64,000 bases of DNA from Acutalibacteraceae bacterium (GCA_045638005.1 JAZUAN010000059.1:1136-65135), one strand, 5' to 3'. Positions 16,647-25,843 are shown, numbered from the stretch's first letter. The notes: a model not told the origin generated them from the sequence alone. A program made the numbers and translations.

Positions 16647-17624
16647 CTATATCAAAGAACTCTCGATCATCCGTAAAACAATCAGAATAACCGCTATGAT
16701 AACCAACGGAGATTTTACAAAAACAGACAACATCTCCCCTGTTGATCCCTTTGCGGGCGACGGCTTTCGCAACAGGGGCGAACGTAAAATCGCGCATCCG
16801 ATCAAAACCACCGCACCGATAAGACCGATAGTAAGCAGCAATAATGTGTATAGCGCGCCCGCAGTCATATCCTCCATAGACAATGTGACATACTCCAAAA
16901 GCAGCGACAATCCGTTGTTGCAAAAATGGATAATGATCGCCAACCAAACATTGCCGGTAGACACGGTGATATACCCGAAAACAAGACCCACCAGCAATGC
17001 AAACACACTTTGCGCGATGCCTCCGTGGATCGCACCGAACAAAACAGCGGATAAAATGATCGCAAACCAGTCGCCGTATTTGCGCAAAGAACCGAGAATG
17101 CATACGCGGAAGATCAACTCTTCCAACAAAGCAGGCAACACCGCCCAGACGAACAGATTGAGTAGGAAATTGTGCGGTGTGCCGTCCAAAAAGGTCGGCA
17201 CCTCAGGCGATTCGATACCGTAGTTTTGCAACCAGACGGATAGAACAGACGCAACCATGTTCGCAATAACGCAACCGCCCATACCCACTAAAACAGCAGC
17301 CGCGCCGGTGGTAAAACGCACCGGTCGCGCGGTCATAAGCGCGCGGGGAGAGCGGTCAAACAAAAGACTGCAAAACAACACCGGCGTGCCCATAGAAAAC
17401 ATATATATGCATCCATAAAACAACAAATACCCAATGTCACCCAACCCGAGATCCGGTAGCAACAGCGCCTCGTACGGAAACAAAAAACTTGCAATCAGCG
17501 AATACACGAAGGTTAAAAAGGTCATGACCAAAATCAGTATACCGCCGATGAAATTGCTGTCGTCACGCAGCAACTCCCGCCGTTCCGGTGTCAGACGAGA
17601 AAAGGGCATATAATATTCAAACAT
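16647..17624 (-). CDS. CPBP-family intramembrane glutamic endopeptidase
   Basis: 325 aa, polytopic, with EELIFR and FGAIH motifs. Confidence 0.8.
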   Translation of the reverse strand: MFEYYMPFSRLTPERRELLRDDSNFIGGILILVMTFLTFVYSLIASFLFPYEALLLPDLGLGDIGYLLFYGCIYMFSMGTPVLFCSLLFDRSPRALMTARPVRFTTGAAAVLVGMGGCVIANMVASVLSVWLQNYGIESPEVPTFLDGTPHNFLLNLFVWAVLPALLEELIFRVCILGSLRKYGDWFAIILSAVLFGAIHGGIAQSVFALLVGLVFGYITVSTGNVWLAIIIHFCNNGLSLLLEYVTLSMEDMTAGALYTLLLLTIGLIGAVVLIGCAILRSPLLRKPSPAKGSTGEMLSVFVKSPLVIIAVILIVLRMIESSLI

Positions 17625-19393
17625 TACATAACCTCCGGCGCTTCGATTTTCAGAAGCGTCAAAGCGTTACGCAGGGTGATACGAGTCGCATCGCACAGCA
17701 TCAAACGTGCCTGCATCATACCTGCATCCTCGCCCTTTACGCGGCATGCATTGTAGAATTTGTGGAACAGGGTCGCAAGCTCCATGCAATAGCGGGTGAT
17801 ACGCGCCGGCTCATATTCCTTCGCCGCTTCCACGATCTCCTTGCTGAAACCGGAAATATAGCGGATGAGTTCGCGCTCCTCAGAGGTGGACAACATATTG
17901 AGAGCAGCGGCAGCAGGTGTAACCTCTACTCCCTCCTCCTGCATTTTACGGAAGATGGAACAGATACGCGCATGCGCATACTGCACATAGTAAACGGGAT
18001 TGGAGGAGGATTGCTCGATCGCAAGATCCAGATCAAAATCCATACGGGTACCCGCCTCGCGCAGAATAAAGAAGAAACGCGCTGCATCAGCGGGAATCTC
18101 GTCTAAAAGGTCTACCAGCTGAATGGCTTTGCCGGTGCGCTTGGACATACGCACCACCTCACCGTCACGCATCAGACGCACAAGCTGGATGAGCACCACT
18201 TTGAGCTTGTCGCCATCAAGACCGATGGCATCCATAGCACCCTTCATGCGGGCAACGTGACCGTGATGGTCCGCACCCCACACGTCAATGCAGGTATCAA
18301 AGCCACGCAGGAACTTATTGCGATGGTACGCAATATCCGCAGCAAAGTAGGTGGGATTGCCGTTGGCGCGGATGAGCACGTCGTCTTTGAGCTCGAGTTT
18401 TTCGATTTCCTCGTCGGTTTTGCCTGCGGCACGGAATTTTTCGGTAAGAATTTCCGCATTTTTATACCACAAAGCGCCATCCTTTTCATAGGTCAGCCCG
18501 TTTTTCTTGAGGATATCGATCACCTCGCGCACCTCGCCGCTTTCGTGCAGGCGGGATTCGCGGAACCACTCATCATACACGATACGATAGGTGTTCATAT
18601 CCTCATGCATTTTATCAATATTTTTGGGCAACGCGAAATCCACCAAAGCCTCGCGGCGGACAGCGCTGTCCGTCTCCACGAATTTGTCACCATTTTCATT
18701 GGCAAAGTTCTTCGCGTGCTCGCGAATATCGTCGCCCTGGTAGGCATCCTCAGGCATCGGCACAGCCTCTTCGCCTTTGAACAGTTGCAAATACCGCACT
18801 TCAAGAGAAGTTGCGAATTTTTCGATCTGATTGCCGGCGTCGTTGATGTAAAACTCACGCCATACATCAAAACCTGCCGCATCCAAAACAGCAGCAAGGC
18901 AATCGCCCAGCGCACCGCCGCGGGCATTACCCATGTGCATGGGACCGGTGGGGTTGGCAGAAACAAATTCCACCATCACCTTTTTACCCTCGCCAAAATT
19001 CGAACGACCGTAGGTATCTTTTTTATCGCACACGTCCTGCACGATATCCGCATAATAAGCGGGGGATAAAAACAAATTGATAAAGCCGGGACCTGCGACC
19101 TCTACCTTTTCAAAATAGGTGCCGTCAAGGTCGAGATGACTGATAAGCGCATCCGCAATCTGACGCGGCGCTTTGCGGAACGCGCGGGCGGATACCATCG
19201 CCACATTCACCGCCAAATCACCATGCGCACGGTCACCGGGGATTTCCACGGTATACGCAGGCAGCTCCGCTTCGGGCAGCTCTCCCGCCGCGATTGCCGC
19301 TTGTACCGCGGCAGCAATGCGTTCTTTTAAAGTGGTTTCAGCCAAATTTACGATTTGAGACATATATAGGACATCCTTTCGGGAAATTTTCAA
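17624..19393 (-). CDS. argS: arginine--tRNA ligase
   Basis: 589 aa. SANPTGPMHMGNARG (HIGH-type) motif and a class I fold signature. Confidence 0.9.
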   Translation of the reverse strand: MKISRKDVLYMSQIVNLAETTLKERIAAAVQAAIAAGELPEAELPAYTVEIPGDRAHGDLAVNVAMVSARAFRKAPRQIADALISHLDLDGTYFEKVEVAGPGFINLFLSPAYYADIVQDVCDKKDTYGRSNFGEGKKVMVEFVSANPTGPMHMGNARGGALGDCLAAVLDAAGFDVWREFYINDAGNQIEKFATSLEVRYLQLFKGEEAVPMPEDAYQGDDIREHAKNFANENGDKFVETDSAVRREALVDFALPKNIDKMHEDMNTYRIVYDEWFRESRLHESGEVREVIDILKKNGLTYEKDGALWYKNAEILTEKFRAAGKTDEEIEKLELKDDVLIRANGNPTYFAADIAYHRNKFLRGFDTCIDVWGADHHGHVARMKGAMDAIGLDGDKLKVVLIQLVRLMRDGEVVRMSKRTGKAIQLVDLLDEIPADAARFFFILREAGTRMDFDLDLAIEQSSSNPVYYVQYAHARICSIFRKMQEEGVEVTPAAAALNMLSTSEERELIRYISGFSKEIVEAAKEYEPARITRYCMELATLFHKFYNACRVKGEDAGMMQARLMLCDATRITLRNALTLLKIEAPEVM

Positions 19394-19800
19394 GAATTTA
19401 CTGTGATATGTAAGTCCTGTCGCGACATCATACTGCCGCCGACATCAAGGGTGTAGGACAGATCCAGTGTACCGCTGCCGAGTGCGAGATCTTGTTGCAT
19501 CTTATCGCAAAACACACCAAGCATCAGGCTCCCCACCGGGGTAGCATAACTGCACACATGGCGTTTTTTGTACTCCAAAACGAGCAGACCCACACTGGTG
19601 CCTCGTCGTTCAAGCGTTACCTTTTCGGGCTGTATCCGCAAGGTAGTCACGGTACCCTCCATGCCGGTGGCGGCGGTTTCCTGGTAACAAAGTGAAAAGC
19701 CGTCATCCTCCGTTCGCATCAAAGCGGCGGTGGTCAGTTCTACCGTATCACATTGTCCGTCCACATGCTGTGTGCCGATCACGGTGATCATCACCTTCAC
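19390..19800 (-). CDS. DUF1934-family protein
   Basis: 136 aa. 4-nt overlap with argS, the conserved Firmicute arrangement. Confidence 0.7.
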   Translation of the reverse strand: MKVMITVIGTQHVDGQCDTVELTTAALMRTEDDGFSLCYQETAATGMEGTVTTLRIQPEKVTLERRGTSVGLLVLEYKKRHVCSYATPVGSLMLGVFCDKMQQDLALGSGTLDLSYTLDVGGSMMSRQDLHITVNS

Positions 19801-19875
19801 GAATATCCCCCCTTATACAGACAGTCGTAAATAAATATAACACAATAATTATGAAAGTGCAACTCCTTTATACAC

Positions 19876-19903
19876 AAAAAGACCGCCAAAAGGCGGTCTT
19901 TTT
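19876..19903. terminator. bidirectional hairpin terminator
   Basis: aaaaagaccgcc-aaaa-ggcggtcttttt. Confidence 0.65.
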
Positions 19904-19979
19904 GTCCATCACCTAACCCTAAAATCTACCATGCCGGTTTTCCGGTGTGCCGAATAAGCTCGGTGAAGGAAGGACACTG

Positions 19980-20147
19980 TTACTTCTTTTGGAAAGACAT
20001 GCAGTCGGTACACTGATCCATGGTGGGATTACCCTCATGAGTACCCACGGTAATGCGGTCCAGCGCACAGTATTCACCACAAGTGCTGTGGTTTGCGCAC
20101 TGGGTCACATGACATTCAATGCACTTATTCTCCTTGGAACATTCCAC
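19980..20147 (-). CDS. DUF1540-type Cys/His-rich small protein
   Basis: A GTG start 9 nt after AAAGGAGG gives 55 aa: (M)ECSKENKCIECHVTQCANHSTCGEYCALDRITVG.... The longer ORF-track version lacks an RBS. Confidence 0.65.
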   Translation of the reverse strand: MECSKENKCIECHVTQCANHSTCGEYCALDRITVGTHEGNPTMDQCTDCMSFQKK

Positions 20148-20308
20148 GGTAAGCAGCCTCCTTTCTCGGAACTGAGAAAGCCGACAACCATCCATCGATC
20201 GCGTGTCGGCAGGCAGGGTTTTCGCCCTACCGATGACAGGATCCGCACCTGTCATCGGTACGAATTCTGTCCCCCATAGATTGCCCGAGAAAAGTACCGC
20301 TTATGCAT

Positions 20309-21109
20309 TTATAACGCCGAAAGGCTGCTAAAAGTATATCCCATTTCTTTCCATTTTGTGAGCAGTTCATCTAAAATCTCACAATTGGTGCGGGAGGTGC
20401 TGTGCAGCAGCACGATAGCACCCGGGTGAATACGCGGCAACAGCTTTGCAAAAGCCTGCTCCTTTGTAGGCTGATCATCTACGTACCAATCCACGTAGGC
20501 AAGGCTCCAAAAGAACGTTTTATACCCTCGCTCGTGCGCCATTTTGAGGTTTTGCTCGCTGTATTTTCCCTGCGGTGGTCGATACAATTTTTGCATTTCT
20601 TGTCCGGTGATCTCCGCATATTTTGCTTCCAACTTTGACAGTTCCTTTTCAAAACCTTCAGCGGCGCTGATCGCAGACATATCCGGATGGCTGTACGTGT
20701 GATTACCGACGATATGCCCTTCTGCTACCATGCGTTTTACAAGTTCGGGTTGTGTTTCCAAAAAATTCCCCACAACGAAAAAAGTTGCAGGCACCTGATG
20801 CTTTTTAAGGGTATCCAGAATAGCGGCGGTGTAGCCGTTATCATACCCCGCGTCAAAGGTGAGGTAGATCACCTTTTTTGTGGTATCTCCTGTATACATC
20901 GCGTTATATTGCTTTAAAAAATCGGCAGACGCATTCCCGACCGGCGTGGTGCCGTCCTCGCCAAAACGCAGACCCCAATTGGTGTTTACCGATGCTGCCG
21001 CAAGTGAAACCCCTGTATGCATGCGGGTAGCGCTGATAGTGCACAACAAAATCGCTGCACAAGCCGCCAATGCCGTCAACACATAGCTGCGACGGATAAT
21101 ACAGTACAT
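20309..21109 (-). CDS. pdaA: polysaccharide deacetylase, PdaA-like (delta-lactam biosynthetic de-N-acetylase)
   Basis: LTFDAGYDNGYT...FFVVGNF...GHIVGNHTYSHPDM NodB motifs and an N-terminal signal anchor. The start was chosen at the ATG 6 nt after GGGGAG. Confidence 0.75.
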   Translation of the reverse strand: MYCIIRRSYVLTALAACAAILLCTISATRMHTGVSLAAASVNTNWGLRFGEDGTTPVGNASADFLKQYNAMYTGDTTKKVIYLTFDAGYDNGYTAAILDTLKKHQVPATFFVVGNFLETQPELVKRMVAEGHIVGNHTYSHPDMSAISAAEGFEKELSKLEAKYAEITGQEMQKLYRPPQGKYSEQNLKMAHERGYKTFFWSLAYVDWYVDDQPTKEQAFAKLLPRIHPGAIVLLHSTSRTNCEILDELLTKWKEMGYTFSSLSAL

Positions 21110-21215
21110 ATACATCTCCCCTTTGTTGCAGTATATGTTTGTAAACCACAAAAAATGTGCTTGACTTTTTTTAAATATGGGTGTACGCTGATGACAGCAA
21201 AATTGCATAAAAAAA

Positions 21216-21372
21216 GCAAGGGGAGCTGGCTGTGCGTCGGCTGAGAGCGGATACAGATATCCGAAACCCTAAACCTGATCCGGATAATACCGGCGGAGGG
21301 ATCGTTTTTAAGGTGCAAACTGTATTTTGTGCCAACTTATCACCTTTCGTCATCCGGCGGGAGGTTTTTTTG
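21216..21372 (+). promoter_or_regulatory. TPP (THI-box) riboswitch with terminator
   Basis: GGGGAGC...CTGAGA...ACCCTAAACCTGATCCGGATAATACCGGCGGAGGGA matches the THI element consensus. A hairpin and T7 run end at 21371. Confidence 0.85.
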
Positions 21373-21393
21373 TGCGCAAAAAGGAGAATTGCC

Positions 21394-22194
21394 ATGAAAA
21401 ACAAAACCGTCCGTCTCACCGAAAGCGCTGTCATGCTGGCCCTCGCCACCGTGCTGAGCGTGCTGCCCATTTTAGAACTGCCGTACGGCGGCAGTATCAC
21501 CGTTTGCAGCGGTCTGCCGCTGCTCATCATCGCCTACCGACACGGTCCAAAATGGGGATTGTTCACCGGTGTCGTATACGGCCTTTTGCAGATGTTGCTG
21601 GGCATGAAAAACGTGTTGTATTTCTCTTCTGCTCTTTCAATCGTTGCCGTTATCCTTCTAGACTATATACTGGCGTTTGCCCCTCTGGGACTTGGCGGTA
21701 TCTTCCGCAATATCTGCAAAAAACAGACCACCGCTATGCTTATCGGCACGCTGCTCGCATATTGCACGCGGTATATATTGCACGTTATCGCCGGCTTTAC
21801 CGTCTGGGCAGGCTTCTCTATTCCCGACCAAGCCGCTATTCTCTATTCGCTCGCCTACAACGCGACCTATATGCTGCCGGAAACCATTGTTATACTACTC
21901 GGTGTTTCATTGGTGGCAAGCATGCTGGATTTCCAAGGCGGGACGGTTGGCAGAGTAGCTGCAAAGAGCGGTACATTCGATTGGCTTGCGGGTGCGGCCG
22001 GTCTTGTAACGATCGCAACCCTCATTTATGACGTGCGGGAGGTGTTTGCTCATCTGCAAGACGGAGAAAGCGGCGACTTTATCATTGCCGGTCTGGCGAA
22101 CGTAAATTGGAGTGCGGTAGGCATCGTCACCGTATGCGGTGCAGCAGTGACAGCCGCATTGCTTATCATCCGCTCGTCACGCAAAAAAGTGTGA
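21394..22194 (+). CDS. thiT: thiamine ECF-transporter S component with C-terminal extension
   Basis: The ATG after AAGGAG gives 266 aa. ThiT-like core (YGGSITV...LPLLIIAYRHGPKWG) plus about 80 extra residues with two more hydrophobic helices. Confidence 0.7.
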   Translation: MKNKTVRLTESAVMLALATVLSVLPILELPYGGSITVCSGLPLLIIAYRHGPKWGLFTGVVYGLLQMLLGMKNVLYFSSALSIVAVILLDYILAFAPLGLGGIFRNICKKQTTAMLIGTLLAYCTRYILHVIAGFTVWAGFSIPDQAAILYSLAYNATYMLPETIVILLGVSLVASMLDFQGGTVGRVAAKSGTFDWLAGAAGLVTIATLIYDVREVFAHLQDGESGDFIIAGLANVNWSAVGIVTVCGAAVTAALLIIRSSRKKV

Positions 22195-22228
22195 TTTTAG
22201 GGCGGCCGCATGTAAAATCATAAAACGC

Positions 22229-22257
22229 TTGCAATTTTTACGCAGATAGCGTATAGT
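22229..22257 (+). promoter_or_regulatory. promoter of the 43-aa peptide gene
   Basis: TTGCAA, 17 nt, TATAGT. Confidence 0.5.
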
Positions 22258-22291
22258 AAAAGATGATAAATAAAAAGTGGAGGCGTACTAC

Positions 22292-22423
22292 ATGAAAAAA
22301 ACATACGAAAGCCCCCTAATGGAAATCGCAGGCATTTGTGTTGCCGAACCCTTTAGTACCAGCGGCAAGGATATCATCTATGACAGCAACGAAGGCTGGG
22401 GCCCCATCATTCCGATTACTTGA
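22292..22423 (+). CDS. 43-aa peptide with lasso-leader-like N-terminus
   Basis: Own translation: MKKTYESPLMEIAGICVAEPFSTSGKDIIYDSNEGWGPIIPIT. GGAGG lies 8 nt upstream. It has its own promoter and terminator. Confidence 0.6.
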   Translation: MKKTYESPLMEIAGICVAEPFSTSGKDIIYDSNEGWGPIIPIT

Positions 22424-22434
22424 TCTGCATACCC

Positions 22435-22467
22435 GATCCCTCTCCCACACGGGAGAGGGATTTTTTT
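22435..22467 (+). terminator. terminator after the peptide gene
   Basis: gatccctctccc-acac-gggagagggat followed by a T7 run. Confidence 0.7.
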
Positions 22468-22531
22468 ATGACCGAACACCCTCGCCCTGCATATTTATAG
22501 TAGTGAGTTCACTCATGAAAGGAGCGGTCAT

Positions 22532-23296
22532 ATGGAAACATTGCGCATCGAAAATATTGAGCATACCTATCAGGCCAAGAACGGCGAAGTCACCGCTCTT
22601 AAAGACATCAACTTTTCTATGGAGCAAGGTGCTTTTTACAGCCTTGTAGGGCCCAGCGGCTGCGGCAAATCCACCCTTTTATCCATTATCGCAGGACTGC
22701 TTACCCCCTCCGGCGGCAGGGTGCTGATAGGCGGCGAGGAGGTCAAGGGGATCTCCCCACGCATCGGATACATGCTGCAAAAGGACAATTTACTGGAATG
22801 GCGCACCATCCGCCAAAACGTACTGTTTGGGTTGGAGATCCGCAAAAAGCTGACAGCGGATACCGTCGCGCACGCGGATACGCTACTGAAAACCTATGGA
22901 TTGTACGAATTCAAAGATAAATATCCCTCTCAGATCTCGGGTGGCATGCGGCAGCGAGCAGCCCTCATCCGCACGCTTGCAGTCTGTCCGGATATTCTGC
23001 TTTTGGACGAAGCGTTTTCGGCGCTCGATTACCAAACCCGTTTAGAGGTAACAGAGGATGTATACCGCATCTTAAAGCAGGAAAACATTACGACTCTGAT
23101 GGTGACGCACGATATCCCCGAATGTATCGGTATGAGCGACGTTGTGGTAATGCTCACCCCTCGTCCGGCGACCATCAAAGAACTGCTCACCATCCGCTTT
23201 GACATTCCGGAGCGCACCCCGCTTTCCTGCCGCAACACACCGCAGTTTTCCACCTATTTCGATCACATCTGGAAAGAGTTGGAGCATCATGCATGA
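22532..23296 (+). CDS. ABC transporter ATP-binding protein (NitT/TauT family)
   Basis: 254 aa. Walker A GPSGCGKST, signature ISGGMRQR, Walker B LLLDEA. Confidence 0.85.
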   Translation: METLRIENIEHTYQAKNGEVTALKDINFSMEQGAFYSLVGPSGCGKSTLLSIIAGLLTPSGGRVLIGGEEVKGISPRIGYMLQKDNLLEWRTIRQNVLFGLEIRKKLTADTVAHADTLLKTYGLYEFKDKYPSQISGGMRQRAALIRTLAVCPDILLLDEAFSALDYQTRLEVTEDVYRILKQENITTLMVTHDIPECIGMSDVVVMLTPRPATIKELLTIRFDIPERTPLSCRNTPQFSTYFDHIWKELEHHA

Positions 23297-24104
23297 AACA
23301 AACACTTCGCTCTCCCCCGCACGGCGGAAATATCTGAAATCCGTTCAAAATCGCCGTCGGCACATTCTCTTTTGCCAGATCGGCATTCTTATTCTGCTCG
23401 TAGCCGCATGGGAACTTGCAGCGCGGGTCGGCATTATCGACAGCTTTGTATTCAGCCAACCCTCCCGCATCCTTGCAACCTATGCCAACATGTCCCAAAA
23501 TGGGCTGCTTACCCATATCGGCGTCACCGTATTTGAAACGCTGACCGGCTTTTTGCTCGGCGCCGTTTCCGGCACCCTGCTTGCCGTCATTTTATGGTGG
23601 AGCCCCTTTATCGCCAAGGTGAGCGAGCCGTATCTCGTGGTGCTGAATTCCTTGCCCAAAATCGCTTTGGGACCGGTTATCATCATCATTGCAGGCGCGG
23701 GAACCAAAGCGATTATCGTGATGGCACTTGCCATCTCGCTCATCGTGACGGTGCTGGAAATGCTGAACGGCTTCCACCACACCGACCCCGAGCTTATTCA
23801 CATGACAGCCACCTTCGGTGCAAAACGGTGGCAGATTTTCACAAAGGTGGTATTCCCGTATAACATTTCCACCCTTTTTAACTCCCTCAAAATCAATATC
23901 GGCTTATCCTTAGTAGGTGTTATTGCGGGAGAATTCCTCGTCTCCAAGGCGGGACTGGGGTATCTGATCGTATACGGCGGTCAGGTTTTCAAATTGGATC
24001 TGGTGATGGCAAGTGTCATCATTTTGTCGGCGGTGGCGGCGCTCATGTACGAAGCCGTCTGCCTCTTACAAAAAATTGTGACACGCCGGATCGCTCATTC
24101 ATAA
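23289..24104 (+). CDS. ABC transporter permease (NitT/TauT family)
   Basis: 271 aa, 8-nt overlap with the ATPase gene, BPD-type permease hydrophobicity. Confidence 0.8.
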   Translation: MHETNTSLSPARRKYLKSVQNRRRHILFCQIGILILLVAAWELAARVGIIDSFVFSQPSRILATYANMSQNGLLTHIGVTVFETLTGFLLGAVSGTLLAVILWWSPFIAKVSEPYLVVLNSLPKIALGPVIIIIAGAGTKAIIVMALAISLIVTVLEMLNGFHHTDPELIHMTATFGAKRWQIFTKVVFPYNISTLFNSLKINIGLSLVGVIAGEFLVSKAGLGYLIVYGGQVFKLDLVMASVIILSAVAALMYEAVCLLQKIVTRRIAHS

Positions 24105-24124
24105 ATTTATAGGAGGCTTTTTAC

Positions 24125-25129
24125 ATGAAATTACTGTTTCGCATACTATCCGTTTTGACGGTGGTTTGTCTGTTACTGCTGCCCGCTGCCGCTTGCAGCA
24201 GCCGTGAGGCGGGAATGCAAAAGGTGCGGGTGTGTGAGGTCACCCACTCTATTTTCTACGCACCGCAATATGCCGCTATGTCGCTTGGCTTCTTCGAAGA
24301 AGAGGGCATTGAGATAGAGTTGTCCAATGGGCAAGGCGCTGATGCGGTTATGTCCGCTGTTTTGTCGGATAATATTGATATAGGCTTTGCCGGTCCCGAG
24401 GCGGCTGTATACGTCTACAACGAGGGCAAAGAGGACTACACACAGGTGTTTGCGCAGGTCACACAGCGGGACGGCTCATTCTTAGTAGCGAGAGAGAAAA
24501 ACGACAACTTTAAATGGACCGATCTCAAAGGCGCACACGTACTGCCCGGCAGAAAGGGCGGCGTGCCGTATATGACCCTTGAATACGTCATTCGTAAAAA
24601 CGGTCTTGACCCCGCAAAGGACGTCAACCTCGATACCAGTGTGCAGTATGCACTGATGACCGCCGCATTTACCGCCGGCACCGGCGAATATTTCACCTGT
24701 TTTGAGCCCACCGCCTCCATGCTGGAAGCGGAAGGCAAAGGGTATATCGTTGCCGCTGTGGGTGACGGTGCGGGCGAAATTCCCTATACAGCCTATTTTG
24801 CCAAAAAGAGCTATATTGAAAAAAACAGCAAACTGATCGCCGCATTCACACGCGCCATATACAAAGGACAGCAATGGGTATTGTCCCACTCTGCCGCTGA
24901 AATCGCCGAAGCAGTCGCAGAATTCTTCCCCGACACCTCTACGGAACTGCTTGCCGCGTCTGCACAGTCGTATATCGACATTGATGCATGGTGCGACACC
25001 CCCATCATGGACGAAACCTCATTTGATCTGCTACAGCAGGTCATGAGTGAAGCAGGAGAGTTGGAAACAACCGCCCCCTTTGATGAGGTAGTCGACAACA
25101 CCTTCGCACAAAAAGTTGTCAAAGAATAA
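24125..25129 (+). CDS. NMT1/THI5-like substrate-binding lipoprotein (ThiY-like)
   Basis: 334 aa. Lipobox LPAAAC|SS. A periplasmic-binding fold of the sulfonate/pyrimidine type is inferred. Confidence 0.7.
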   Translation: MKLLFRILSVLTVVCLLLLPAAACSSREAGMQKVRVCEVTHSIFYAPQYAAMSLGFFEEEGIEIELSNGQGADAVMSAVLSDNIDIGFAGPEAAVYVYNEGKEDYTQVFAQVTQRDGSFLVAREKNDNFKWTDLKGAHVLPGRKGGVPYMTLEYVIRKNGLDPAKDVNLDTSVQYALMTAAFTAGTGEYFTCFEPTASMLEAEGKGYIVAAVGDGAGEIPYTAYFAKKSYIEKNSKLIAAFTRAIYKGQQWVLSHSAAEIAEAVAEFFPDTSTELLAASAQSYIDIDAWCDTPIMDETSFDLLQQVMSEAGELETTAPFDEVVDNTFAQKVVKE

Positions 25130-25143
25130 TATCTGGTTTCAGT

Positions 25144-25178
25144 ATGCCGCCGTATGTTATTCGGCGGCATATTTTTTT
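25144..25178 (+). terminator. terminator of the ABC operon
   Basis: atgccgccg...cggcggcat followed by a T-run. Confidence 0.65.
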
Positions 25179-25324
25179 GAAAGAACAAAAAAACAATACT
25201 TTTACACAAAAAAATAGTATAAAATTTGTGCGGTAATATCTATAGTGAAGGTAGCATTTTGAGCAACAATGTGTTAAAACCCAAGGTGAAGAAACAACTT
25301 TTTATAAAAAAGCAGAAATGTGTT

Positions 25325-25757
25325 ATGAAACTCGGCGTTTTAACCGTCCCGTTGCAGGCGTTGTCCGCGGAGGATACGTTTAATATCTGCATTCTTTGGG
25401 TGTACAAACCGTAGAGCTGGGTACCGGCGGTTACACCAACGATAACCATCTGAAACCCGAAGTCTACCTGAACGACGACAACAAAATCGAAGAATTCAAA
25501 GCACTGCTCAAAAAATATGACTTAGAGATCAGCGTATTGTCCTGCCATGGCAACCCCGCAACGAGCATACCATCGAAACCTACGAAGTGCCGCAACCCGC
25601 ATCAGATGTGCACGATTTCTATCGCAACGTATGTAAAGTAATTAACGGCGAAGCGGAACAGCTCGTTACCCACGCGCAGTTGCGCCACGTGATGCAGGTC
25701 ATCGAAGCGTCCTTCCAATCGGTAAAAGAGGACAAAAAAATTTATTGCAACATTTAA
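25325..25757 (+). pseudogene. chimeric relic: frameshifted N-terminus of a sugar-phosphate isomerase/epimerase (TIM barrel) fused to the C-terminal tail of a Gfo/Idh/MocA-type oxidoreductase
   Basis: MKLGVLTVPLQALSAEDTF, then a -1 shift near 25381, then YLHSLGVQTVELGTGGY...LSCHGNP. After ~25560 another frame reads ...HTIETYEVPQPASDVHDFYRN...VIEASFQSVKEDKKIYCNI*. Confidence 0.65.
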
Positions 25758-25814
25758 CGAATGAAATGTACGGATGGCGTGTTTTTACAACGCGCCATCC
25801 GCTTTTTATTTCCA

Positions 25815-25843
25815 TTGACAGATGCCGCTCTTATTAGTATAAT
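25815..25843 (+). promoter_or_regulatory. consensus sigma-A promoter of metY-metA
   Basis: TTGACA, 17 nt, TATAAT. Confidence 0.6.

Noticed and set aside
21232-21393. N-terminal 54 codons of the ORF-track entry 21232..22194
   Set aside because: This stretch covers the TPP riboswitch and its terminator. The real start is ATG 21394 after AAGGAG.
22292-22423. Calling the 43-aa peptide locus a lasso-peptide biosynthetic gene cluster
   Set aside because: No cyclase, leader peptidase or RRE gene lies anywhere in the window. The paralogue at 15928-16056 lacks the ring-forming geometry. The locus is kept only as a hypothesis in the findings.
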